Positions 52,318 to 64,000 of a stretch of DNA of 64,000 nt are shown piece after piece (the stretch's first letter is position 1; each line of letters begins with the position of its first letter). The notes beneath the pieces were generated by a model, which searched no databases, was not told where the DNA came from, and saw only the letters and a program-made list of their open reading frames with translations. The stretch spans positions 45,694,001 through 45,758,000 of the forward strand of contig CM060734.1 of NCBI GenBank assembly GCA_030704615.1, written 5' to 3'. The stretch is from Takakia lepidozioides (Eukaryota; Plantae; Bryophyta). The translations under genes and the position numbers were made by a program.

Positions 52318-52671
52318 ACCAAATGCTTCCGAGAGCTTTCTCTTGTCCTTTTCCCTCATTTGCCCTTTTCTTCTGCAGTTTGACCAGCATTGCAATCTCT
52401 AGCACCTATCAATTCCGCACAGGTAGATGGCTATGCGAGCATTGTTATGGATCACAGTGCCAGCTCTCAAGCCCATAGCCAGATTGTCATAACGTTCCGT
52501 GGCACTGGAAATTTCGGGTGCAATCACATACCCTGATGGGTGGAAATTCACAATAAACCTGCTGGGGATGGTTAGTATCCCATGAGATTTTAAGCTTGTA
52601 AAGGGTTATTCATAACCAATTGAGTGCAGTTTGCACTCTTCACCATGTGCCATGGAGTCTCTCTCTCTCTC

Positions 52672-52720
52672 ATGAGCTTTCCGCGGACGTTATAAAGCAC
52701 CATTTCATTTCATTTCTCTC
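52672..52720 (+). mobile_element. RTE-X family B extreme 3' fragment
   Basis: atgagctttccgcggacgttataaagcaccatttcatttcatttctctc, directly after (TC)7. Repeats the end of the next copy. Confidence 0.75.
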
Positions 52721-52774
52721 CCTCCTGAACATTTTTCAAGCTCCTCTCTCTCAGGATTACCTTTCAGCATCCTT

Positions 52775-53190
52775 ATCTGCTTTCCTCCAGAGGGCATTGG
52801 GGCGGTTCAGGGTGGGTTCCCACTACCTACGGATAGAGACTGGCAGATGGGAAAACCTGCAACGGGAGGACCGCCTATGTCCAGCTTGCATAGGGCGCAG
52901 CAAGGAAATTGAAACTGAAGAACACTTCTTCTACTGCCCTCTATACTACGAGATCCGTGGGAGATTCCACTGTTTATTCAGTGGAACCCAAACTCTCACT
53001 GATGTCTTCCACTATGAGGATCAAAAATGCTTGGCAGCCTACCTGCATGAGCACCCTTAAACAATCGCCAGAACATTAATTGTGGTTTCTGGATTTGTTC
53101 CTCTCTCATGTTTTCTTCCATTTTGTCCCATAAGCTCTATGAGCTTTCCGCGGACGTTATAAAGCACCATTTCATTTCATTTCATTTCTC
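52775..53190 (+). mobile_element. RTE-X family B 3' fragment (C-terminal Cys/His finger, 3' UTR, (ATTTC)n tail)
   Basis: ALGRFRVGSHYLRIETGRW....REDRLCPAC......ETEEHFF-YCPLYYEIRGRF..LF is the typical RTE-X-like C-terminus. Confidence 0.85.
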
Positions 53191-53580
53191 TAATGAAGAT
53201 AGGTTGACTGAACTTGTTTCCAGTTTTGACATGGGTGAGGACGTGAGGACCTTAAGGGGCCTAGCTACTCTCGGCACTAGACTGAAATTTAAGCAGGGCA
53301 GACGGCCTGAAGACAATATCCAATTTATGATGCAATGTCCAGGTTATGCTCATCAGAGAGTGACCCAGTTCAGGACCATCTAGAACATAGTACTCTCCAA
53401 ATCTTGAGGCTGATCCTAAAGCCCTGGCCCTGTCACACCCAGCAAGGGCTTTCTAGAGGGTATCTGGAAAGCCCGAACTGATTGTTTATATCAAGGTAAG
53501 TCACACTACTGGAGTGAGCACCGTGTGGTCTATGGCCACATTGCCATGGTAACCAATGTCTTATGAGAACATTCTCTCCC
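53191..53580 (+). mobile_element. RTE-X family A degenerate 3' fragment
   Basis: LATLGTRLKFK...EDNIQFMMQCPG...tttctagaggg tatctggaaagcccgaac...tatggccaca...tcttatgagaacattctctc. Confidence 0.8.
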
Positions 53581-54479
53581 TCTAGGCTCTCTTCCTTTTG
53601 TTTTCCCTTTATCTCACTTATTTTGGCAGGTAATGGCTATCAGTGTCCGTAGCCTTGGTTGCATGGTTTTGGATGCTTTTACCAACTCATCGTGCCATTT
53701 GACGGCCCCAAAATTCTCCTTCCTCCCTTCTTCACCCTCTCCAACATATGTGCTTTAGTAGAGTGCCGCGGCAGAGTGACTGCCAAGATGTGGCATTAGA
53801 TTGTGGGTATTTCAGGTGTGGGAGATATTCATCGTAGGCACAGGGATATTAATGGACTGAATGTTTTCCCAGGAGCTCTGTCTAATGGGGTAGTTACTCT
53901 ATGTAAGATGCTTTTGGCAGAACTGGAAGTGCAAAAGGCACCTAGTTCAGACTGCACTAAACTTAGCGTTTATCTAAATTACCAGCATATTTTGTATAAG
54001 GGATTTTTATTGTAGCTCTGCATTGAACATCCTCTCTATGGTGAACAATAAGGCTCTGCTGTGGGAAATAGTGGCAATGTAGAGTTCCTGTGCCTCAATT
54101 CAAATTTACCATACAATAGACGACCCCCTCCACCTGTAAGAAAAACCCATGTCTTGTAGTGAGCTAGACAAGCAAACGACGTTGTGATCTGAGCCACGGA
54201 TACAGAAAGGAGATGGAATAAATAGCATCATGAATCCTCGCATTTTGAATGGGCTCATTTCAAATATTTGAGTAGGCCTAGGTACTGTTTGAAATTTGAA
54301 TGTCATTGCATTTTCCTTGGAACAAGATGATGCATAAATACAGCGATATCGGATGATCGGACACAGTAGGGGGCCCCGCGAATTTTCGGTAGCCACGTCG
54401 TAATGACGCTGGCTCCCCGGTCCTAGCAGCGCACCTCCCCATGCCTGGCCACACGTGGGCCCGCCCCTTCCATGTCTGG

Positions 54480-56881
54480 CTCACCCATTGCCCTAAACTT
54501 TTGCTTTTCCCTTTCTTCCCTCCCAGGACAGCAATTTGGGGGAATGATACGAACAACCTTCCAGAGGGTACTCTAATAGTATTTGGATTAAGCAATTTTA
54601 AACTTGACATGAACAACCTAGCAAGCCTAGCAAGCCGTCACAGGATGGCTCACCCAAAGAATGCCGGCCACTGCTCAAGAATGTGAAAGGCAAGCTCTCT
54701 TTGCAAATTTCAATATGGACTCTGCTGTTCTAATTGGGCCATTCCCAGAAGTGGGCTCACTAGGAAAGACAAGTCTTCGGGGCTTGGCTGAGACAGACAT
54801 ATCACATCTGTTTCATGTCAGCGTGCTAAATGAAAAAGGTCATGTCAACCCAGTGCCACCACATGGACAGGACATCCAGTGGGCAATCCATAAGTCCTTT
54901 GTTTGGTTCCTCAAATGTCCACTGGCAGACTTGCAATTCGATCCAGGGGAGTGGAACTGGATTGACAAAAATCACTCGTCTTTCTCCGCTTAATATTCTA
55001 TAAAATTGGGGTATACTTTACTCAACCCCGCCAAATCCTTCCTAACAAAGTGGTCATCAAAGTGGGCTAACCATCAGTTCACTCAAAGGGACTGGAATAA
55101 GATCTGGAAGGAAGTTTGGAGAAAAGACAGGCCAGTTGAAGTCTCAGGTTTCTTGTGGAAAGTCGCCTACAGGATTTTGCCTGTAAGGCAAAGAACCCAT
55201 GAAAATCAGCCTCTCTGCCCTATCTGCAATGTTGAACCAGAGTCCATAGAGCACTCCCTCCTTCTATGCAATTTGTCCAAACAGGTCTGGTGGGTGGTTC
55301 TTGCTTTCTACTCCATTTGGAGCTCCTTCCCCTCACCCCCGCCCTCTCTCCTTCTTCTTCTCAATCACTTGCCTGGTAGATACCTACCAGGTCTGGGCCT
55401 CGCTGAGAGCACTTACTCTATGGAATCTCTGGAAGTGCTTGGGTTTTTGAGGGAAAACCCCCCAGGGGTAGATCGATATTGTTTTCTATATATCATGAAC
55501 TGCTAACTGAGGGGAGGAAAGCCTGGGATGTGCTTTGTGTAGCTCTTCCCAGAACTTCAGAACAACGGGGGAGGTAGCTGCTTCCACGGGACTTGGGGCA
55601 AAGACAACGTGCTCGGAACCTGTCTTCCCAACACAAGGGTTACATGGAATGTCACCATCCTCCCTCAATGGGAAGTCCCCTGGTGAAGGGGAGGAAACAG
55701 AATTTAACCGGCACCATAAGAAGGCCCGTGACAACAAGTCCACAACTCAGCTCAAGTTTTGATACCTCAATCTCAATTGGATGGCTTACTTCAACTCCAC
55801 TCTCTGCGGATCTTCTTCGACTTCCACCTCCCAGCTCCAAGGCCCCACATGTTGATCGCTCCTACCCAGCATGGGCTGCTGCAATTCTTAGCTTTTCTAC
55901 TTAGCTTTTTCTACTCTCTCTTGGCTTAGTACAATCTTGTTCTGCCATAGGTGACTAATGCTCTCTGGCAGTGCAAAACCCGAACCTCAATCCTCCACAG
56001 GTCGTTAGTTCACTATGGTGCCCCCCTCCACGTATCTCTCAAAACCCACTCTATTAGAAGCAGACCAAATCTCTCCCCTCTGCACACTCACTTCACCAGC
56101 TCCTTCTCGTCTCATCTCAGTAGCTAGTTGCTAGGGTTACGGGGAAGTTTCCCCTCAGTTAGCCTCCACGGCCTCCCTCAGTGGTTATTTCTTCCATTGC
56201 TGTTAACATTTATTTTCCTTAATTTGATTAAAAGGTCACCAGAATTTGAGCGCTCTGAAGTTAATTGGAAGCATGTCAGATCCTCCTCCTCTGCTCGTCT
56301 TCACTTCCATTGATAAGCATCTTGCTCGCAAATCTCTTCTGTCTCTTCGATCTGTTCCGGTCTCCTCCACTTCATCGCTCCCCTCCCTCCCTCCCCCCCT
56401 CTCTCTCCGTTGCTCCGTTCAGTCCGACTCCCAGCCTCACATCCTGAAACGTTGTCCACAATCGCCAACAAGTCCGAATACCTACAAGGGCACGATCTCC
56501 TTAAGGCTCCAACCCTAGTCCCCTCCCATAGCGTAGTGCAATCTAAGCTCGACTTGGGTTGGCTTATTTTCTTTTGTCTCAAACTGTTGCAAGTACCCTT
56601 GGTGAAGTTGATAACTCTATATTCTAGGCTAGAACGCCTCTGAAATTCTGTGGTCTAGACAGGCCCAGGTAAATGGCTCTCAGCTATGGTTCTTAGTCAT
56701 CCGGCACGGTCTCCGTGCGATCAGCCTCATGGCAGCCTTGTGGCACTCCAAGGGTTTTAATTTTTTTCCCTTCAAATAATTCCAATAAAGTTTCCAGGGC
56801 CAGACCCCTGTTATCTTTATAAAAAAAAAAAAAGGTCCTCTGTCCCCGTTCTCTATTAAAAAAATAAATTAGAAAAAAAAA
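54480..56881 (+). mobile_element. L1-type LINE 3' portion (zf-RVT, long 3' region, poly(A))
   Basis: WNKIWKEVW...VSGFLWKVAYRILPV...CPICNVEPESIEHSLLLC (zf-RVT), AATAAA at ~56784, poly(A) 56821-56833, second A-tract to ~56881. 5' boundary approximate. Confidence 0.8.
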
Positions 56882-57804
56882 GTCTACACGGATACACTCA
56901 AGCTACGGGGCCAATTGAATGATTTAAGATATGCGGTTTAAACAAGGAGGTGACTTGGGATAAGAAGGAACCAACTTAATTAGATACACGAGTTTTACAT
57001 TCTCCATGGAAAGCTCCCATAACAAAGAGAGAACTATGGTTCACCATTCCTCATACTGTGACGTTTTGACCAGGTCAAGAGTTGAGGGTGCAGGGTCGTT
57101 GTCCTTTCCAGGAGGGGAGTTTGATAATCTGATTAACTTGAGACAGTGGGGCCAGATAGAGTGAGCTGTGAGCTAGGCAATTACGGGGCCAGGGTGCATG
57201 GATGTGACTTGTGATGAAGCCTTTCCATCTTCACCGACCTTATTCGGAGCAGTCTCATCCCTTACATTTGTTTCCGGGAATTGCTCAAAGACTGGATCCT
57301 ACAGCACAAACAACACCGCGAACCCAAGAAGGGAAACCACAAAGCGGTCCACATTATCACCTAGTTTGAGTGGCATCCCTGAAGGTTGGCAAGGCACCAT
57401 TGCAGCTACATGCTAGGGATTCCAACCTCTGTGCGCACTGCCAAAGGGGGATGCCATCTATGTAACATGGCGGCACAGTTCACAGTAAACCCCTGGACAG
57501 CCTATGTCTTGCTCAAAGTTTCTGCGCTTCCCTCTCATTGTCGACTCTTTGTATAAATTCTGTTTTTCAAAGTGGGTGACTGTGCTGCTAAAACCATAAT
57601 TATTTCCACTAACAAATTGTATTTGGGAAAGATAAGCAGAGTTTGGTAAAGCTACATAACAATCCCATCATCCCGTTTGGCATCTCCAGCATACTCATAT
57701 TTTGTGGGCAGTGCACACACAGTCTGTGCCAGGTTATTTGGTCAGCAGGCATGTTGGAGTGACCATCTGCAATTCAACATTTAGGCACAAAGATAACTGT
57801 AGAA

Positions 57805-57980
57805 AAGGAGAGAATTGAAATGAAATGATACTTTATAACGTCCAAGGGGAAGCTCAAAGAGCTTCTTGGAGAGAGAAGTGTAGAAAAGGAGGGGACTACT
57901 GGTTGTGTGCATAAAAGAGAAAGAAGAGTCCAGCCTAAGCCAACGAAGATTAAAGCCACTATTGGTGGGATCCACGGTAT
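57805..57980 (-). mobile_element. RTE-X family B-related 3' end
   Basis: rc gctctttgagcttccccttggacgttataaagtatcatttcatttcaattctctcc. Confidence 0.65.
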
Positions 57981-58648
57981 GTAATGAAAGAAAGTGGCTT
58001 GCTTAAGAGAAACGCCACGGGCAATCCCCTAAATATGACAAGCTAGGGAAAGGCTGGACTTTAGACATATGAAGGGTTGGATTTTTCGCAAGAATAAACA
58101 CTCATTTCCCTTCAGAAACAGGGCTAGAACCTGACCTCATTCTCAAAAGCGCGTCATCACCAATGCTCTTCAAATGGCCACAATCAACCAATAGCTTCGA
58201 CATCATCCTCGTTTTGAACATCTGACCCAGCTCTTCAAATACTGCTTGGCTAACTGAAGCATATAAAGCAAATTCCTACACTTCCATATTTAACAAGCAG
58301 CCAACACTCCCAGCTCTACTTCCTATGAGATGTTGCTGATATGCTGTCTTAAAAGTTGCAAATGTCAAGTCGATTGCATCAATCCCACTTTCCCTTCACT
58401 CTTTCAACAAAGTTTGATGGTGACATAATAGTGACATGCACCGTACGTCACGAACTCTTTACATGCAGACAACGTCACCAAACAGTAGATATTCTACTCA
58501 GCAGGATGACTCTGTCCTCTGTCTTTCCCAGTTCCAAGTTGATACCGACTGAACGCATCTCTGGATCAAGAATGTTAGATTCTTGCACAGAAACATAAGA
58601 GGCTAAATGAAGTATAAATTTCACATGTACAAGTTGGGGATACTCTGC

Positions 58649-61600
58649 TCACGCAAATGTTTTTGCAGCTTCTCCCTCTTCAAATGCACCCAGAGCTTTC
58701 ATGTCCTCCAAAAATGCTGAATAAGAATCGTCAATGCTTGGGGGTTTTACAGCAGCAGTTGCAGGAGAAGGCCGTCCTGCTGGAACGGAGGCAGCGGAGG
58801 CAGTGGGTGTCTTAGGTTTCATCTTCTGGGCATTCTCCCTGCGCACACGAACTGAGGCTGGAACCTGATGCACAGAACACAACACACCTTCCAATTCAGA
58901 TCTAACTCGCCATGGATTGATGGCTATTTGCAAGCCTCTTTAGAGAGGGCATCAGCAGAGAGTTTGTATGGCATCTATCAACCTCACAACTCTTAGAGCC
59001 ATTGGCTCCACCCAAACAAATTTATCTTATCTCTGACCTTTTACTTCAGAGATAAGGGCAGTACTGTGAATGATCCCAATCAACAACCTTTCAAGCACTA
59101 CTCCTTTGACAAAATATGGATACACTGGCCACCAAAGAGCTGGGACCCTGAACTTCCTTCAAGAGGCCTACAAGACGTTTGTATGCTAAGCGCTTCAAAC
59201 ATCAAGGGAGCATCTAACCGAGACATGTTGGTGGACATGATGGAATTACCAGGCAGCTAAACTACAGTTCCACAGTAAACTTTTAATGCAACTTAATGTG
59301 ACCATGCAAAAACTCAGCCAAGGAGATGGATGAAACCATGGGCTAAGACAGTTAGTTACAGACAAATTCAAAAAAGGAACTAGAAATTACCATTGACGTG
59401 AGCTCCGGGGTATGCTGAGCCAGTGGCCTCTTGATAACAGTTGCGGCAGCAGACTTGATATATGAAGGCTTTGCAGCTTTACCTGCCTCGTCCAGCCCTA
59501 CACCCTCTGGCACTGCCCTGGTTGGCAGAGGAGGGGGTGGCGGAAGTCCGACCGGAGGTGCCATTGGAGGAACACCCATGGGCGGAGGACCAGCTGGCGG
59601 CCTCATCACAGGTGGGGGGGCAGATGGTGGTGGGCCAAGGTGTGGCCGTGGAGGTGGGCCAGGTGGGGGTCCAGGGGGCGGGGCCATTACAGCTGGGGAC
59701 ATCCTTGCAGGTGGAGGGGGGGGTAGCAATAAGGAGGGTCTCATAGATGGAGGGGGAGGGGGCCCTGTGGAGGGCAGCTGTGGAGTGACACCTGGTGGTG
59801 AGACCTCAGAGGAAGGAGGATTTTGGGGAGGGGGACCAGGAGGGGGCCGCATGATCAAAGGAGGAGGCCGGGCAGGGGGTGGACCTACTGGGGGTCTCAT
59901 GGGAGGGGGAGGGGGAGGACGTTGTTGAAGGCTAGGATCTATTGACTCTGATGGTTCATCTTCTTCCATTGGCTCCTTGCTGTCTACTTGGGGAGTGACT
60001 GTGGCTTGGCGCCTTGGTGGAGGAGGAGGTGGAACTCGCCCTGGACCCTGCAATCACATTCAAAAATTTACTCGTTGTACATCGCAGGCTGTCGCTAAAT
60101 CATAAGAAACTCAAAGGGACGGTAGTCTAACTTACAGTAGAGACAACACCATCAACATCAATACATTTGGCAGTGACCCAGGTTTTACCTAAGTCCCGGT
60201 TGGCATCAGCCTACATAAGAACAATGAATCTCAAGGCACCTGTAACATTAAAGATGTACATCTAATGCACTGTCAGAACCTCAGCAAAGAAGATTAAAGA
60301 GCCTTATATTAGGCATAATTCCAGTAAGAGATGGCTGCAGCATGATGTGAGTGAACTCACCCATTGTTGCGGCAGCGTGGCTCCATGCTGCAAGCTTTTG
60401 GCATCCTCATTCAGTGCCATAGACAACTCTTCATCAGTTCCCGGAGGTGCGATATTACTTGACACCTCTTCTCTTGCAGTTCCAGGAGGTGGAGGTTGCG
60501 AAGGCCTAGGAGGTGGAGGTGGGGGGGGACCCACCACAGCCAAACCTGGGGTAAGAAGACGGGGCTGCGCTGGTGGGAAGGGTGGAGGGTGGGGCAACGA
60601 ACCCGAGAGAGGACGAGGGGGTGCGGGTGGTGGAGGGGGGACTGGTACAGGTAATGGAATGAGTGTCTCTCCTGCTCCTGATGCACCTTCTCCATTGGAT
60701 GGGAGAGGCGGGGGTGGGGGTGGGGAGGAAGTGGGAGCGGAGCTTCTGTGTCCATCTCACTGCTTGTACCACCTGCCGTGGAGCCTGACAATGGAATTCT
60801 AGGCCCTGTAGGCAACAGACAGTCCCAACCCAAGTTAGACAGTGGCATGACATCCCCAAAACACAAACGGTGATCACAACAGTCGAAAAAACAAGTAACC
60901 CCTGAAATAACCTCACTATACTATAGACCTGAATCCAAGCTCAACTCGAACTTAAGAGAAGCCATGGCTATACACATACCAATAGATGATTTGTACATTG
61001 GTGGTTTGCCAGGCGGTGGAGCCCCACTCGGATTCAAACTGGGATGGAAATACACCGAATCCTGCACCACGACGCCCAAATCCCCAGAATGACCACGGAG
61101 AGGGCATTACACTTTGATCACAGTAAGCCATTCAATGCAGCTGATTGAAAAAAGATGCGACAGACCAGCCTATTGCACAAGGCTCTTACAGCTTTTCTTC
61201 ACATTTGAAAGACCACAACTTAGTAATGAGACAACAGCTCCCACGAGATTCACCGCCACGAGTCCCAATTAGACTGAAATTGATGACAGCTTCTAGAAAT
61301 AACATAGCTGCCCTTGGTCACTATTCTACACCACTACTGAGTTGTGGATATTATAGAGGTGCCACAAGATTCATTGCCACCAGTCCAACTAGATTGTAGT
61401 GCTATGACAGTTTCTAGAAGGTCAGCTGCCATTAGTCATGCATCTCAGTTACAGCTGAGTCAGCTGGTGACATGTTGCCACCCTGGCTTACAGAGAAGCA
61501 CCTTGTGAAAACCACCCAAAAAAAAGACACGCCAGGGGTAAAACTTTGCCAGTTTTGACAGCATTGTGGGTGTTTATGAGCAAAGTAACAGAGGACTAGC

Positions 61601-63839
61601 AGACGTTTCTGTCTCCACATAGACAATAGAGAAAGCTTTCCTTCAAAAGAAACTGGAAAAGGAGTGCTGCATCTGACCATGTTGACAACGAAGTGTACAT
61701 TCATCCATTGCCAAGAGATCTAACCATGCTGCAAGGACTACAAACACATGCCATGGAAAAAAAAAGAACGGGGCAAGACAGCCACCTCAGGTTTGGGATG
61801 CTTGGCACGCTCTTCTTCTTCTGCCGTTGCCCTTCTCCGGGGTGTAGGAAGATGACTGCCTTGCCACAAAGCCCACATGGACCAGCCACATTACAAGACC
61901 AAGCTTTTCAAAGGCCAGGCAGACAGGCTAGGATCCACTACCATAACAAGAAGCAGAAATATCACGTTAAATGAAGTTTTATAGCCCTCTGACCTACACG
62001 GTCCACTGGATACAGAGAACCAAATATCAACCACCTCTCATGCAAACTTCCATGGGCCTGGCAGTGCACACTACAGCAGCCCCTCATAAACACAACCAAA
62101 AAATGCCCACTATTGCAGGAACTGACAAGATCTTCGTCGCATTGACTCCTCCTTGTTCAGAACCCCCCAAGTGCCATGGCGATGCTGAAAATTGTCTAGG
62201 GACAGGGATTGCTTAGGGCAGGTTTCCACAACCCACAGAGAGAGTGAGAGGAAGGCATTCCTTACCTGAACATGACGGGCTCCTCCCCCTTCTCCCGCAT
62301 CTTTTCTTCATACTCCTAAAATTCCCCAACATACAAGAGGAGAACAGATCATCATGTACAGAATACAACTCCATACCGACATTAAACGTAACCCAAACAG
62401 ATGTTGCACCAGTCTAAGCTAAAATCTATGAAATTCTACTGACTTAGAATAAAAAGAAGGCTGGGTGAGCATGTAGTACAAGACACACAAGCAATATACA
62501 TTAAGGTTAACCACTCCAACCTGGAGGACAGCCCATGTTGGATACTTTTCTTATAATGCGTCAAACAGTGAAGGACAGAGGAAAAAACAGGTGGGAGAAG
62601 GGGGCCATGATGGAGCAAAACTATCTTCAGAACTCACATTCCAGTGGATTTGAAATAAAGGTAAGAATCTGCACCTTCCGCTTCTTCATGACAAGGTTCA
62701 ATGTATCTTCAAGCTGCCTTTTCTTATGCCTCCGTGTTTTGTCCAGTGCCCCATCAGCCTCTGCCAGAGCAGTAACAAATAAATCAAACAATGGTAGACT
62801 TGACAACCATGGCAATAACAATCACCAGAAGTTTTGGTGTGCTTGTGAAGGGGCTGAACCCTGTGATGAGCAGTTCACCCCAGTTTATAAGAGCTCCCAT
62901 TGTCAATATTTGTCTAGGGCTTAGAAGCTATGTTCCTTGACAGATTCATAAAAGAGCAGTATCATAGTGCATGTCCAAAGAAGTGCGTTTTCCTTCGCTC
63001 ACTTGCTAGCGAAGGCCACAAATCACACACAGATTTTGCCTGTCAAATCCCACCTAGCAGACCAGGCTAGCAAAGCGAACGGCGAACGGGCGGTTGTTGC
63101 TCAAATGGCCAATGTCATAAACTCAACCATTTCCACCATCTGCCAACAGAAAAGGTTCACCATGATCCAACCAATTCTTAAAACTCCTTGCATGTAAACA
63201 TCTGCCTTTCTATGCACATCAGGATAAGTCAACTGTCACATTGTAAATGTAAACTCCACCTAGTTCTCTTCATCTGTATTTACTTCCCCATCTCTCACCG
63301 CATTGTCTCAGTCTCTCTTTGATTTGCAGTCCCTCTACATGTGTTATCTTCCCTCTACACCACCGGTGACACATCTTGGTCAAGAAAGGGGGCTACAGTA
63401 GCAGTGCCAATTACAACACCATGCTTTGTTGTTTTGATGTAAATGCCTCCCTTAAATCCAACAACAGCTGATTGTCATCTGCTTGTAAGAGCGCACATAT
63501 AGCTGCAGGCTAAACTGCATACCCGGTGAGTTTCAACACATAACAGCACTGGGAGGGTTAGTAACTTGCAGGGACTATGCCCTCAAGAATAAGCCAGCAT
63601 TAAGAGGGAAGGGTTAGAGAGGATAACTATCTTCCTCTCTCCTTCCAGGTCTCCCTGGCCACAGGAGTTTCCTTCTGCACCTTGCTCTGACATTATACAT
63701 GAAACAAAGGAAGATAGTGCTAAATGGGAAGAAAAAAGCACACACTCATCATTTCAAGTTTCCTGATTTGCTCCTTGATGGCATCCGGGTCCTTCTTCAG
63801 AATCCCCACCTCTCGGACCTTCTTCCTCTCCTTTTTGTT
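58649..63839 (-). CDS. ELF5: EARLY FLOWERING 5 / WW-domain-binding protein 11 homolog (5'-partial, 1-nt frameshift at ~60723)
   Basis: Exons 63839-63746, 62760-62675, 62315-62266, 61855-61786, 61061-60980, 60805-60361, 60047-59391, 58864-58649. [72 protein letters not shown], poly-Pro, [48 protein letters not shown]. Confidence 0.93.
61240..61445. repeat. Diverged ~120-bp tandem duplication in an ELF5 intron
   Basis: ccac.agattca..gccac.agtcc.a.taga.tg...atgacag.ttctagaa...agctgcc.tt.gtca occurs at ~61241 and ~61362. Confidence 0.7.
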
Positions 63840-64000
63840 CTGTAACCAGCCAGCCAGACCAATTAATAAATAGACTCGACCAGAAATGAACAAGATTAAC
63901 CTTTGCGCCCCATCAAATGCGCTAAATTGGTGCAAGGAAGGATTTGCATCACGATGTATAAATTAAAAAGTGTAGATGAACGCACATACACAATTATTTG

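Noticed and set aside
59431-60802. Long Gly-rich + strand ORFs (59431-59928, 60347-60802)
   Set aside because: Antisense shadows of the poly-Pro ELF5 exons.

Overview
Intron-rich land-plant nuclear DNA, probably from a bryophyte (inferred from gene structure and repeat types, not proven). Six spliced host genes can be modelled by hand with GT-AG introns and consistent phases: a GT92/DUF23 glycosyltransferase (+), a D27-like beta-carotene isomerase (-), a glycolipid transfer protein (+), a FLP/MYB88-type R2R3-MYB (-), PEX7 (+) and an ELF5/WBP11 splicing factor (-, 5' end outside the window, with a 1-nt frameshift in a G run). There is also an ABCB6/20-like pseudogene fragment. The middle (~18.4-41.8 kb) is a nested transposon block: MULE/SWIM and Ulp1-protease remnants, a chromovirus remnant, two Copia elements, and a complete TIR/TSD-bounded CACTA element. 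The CACTA sits inside a Copia LTR and itself carries an RTE-X LINE. A Helitron-like element contains an L1 5' half. The most notable patterns are: (i) up to three short-tailed non-LTR (RTE-X-like) families whose copies sit at (TC)n tracts, all in one strand polarity, including a head-to-tail stack downstream of PEX7; (ii) a ~620-bp inversion that splits Copia RNase H and can be re-joined at codon level; (iii) a TnpA-only CACTA whose protein has a W/Q/G/P low-complexity N-terminal region. All calls are by eye; no database searches were run.
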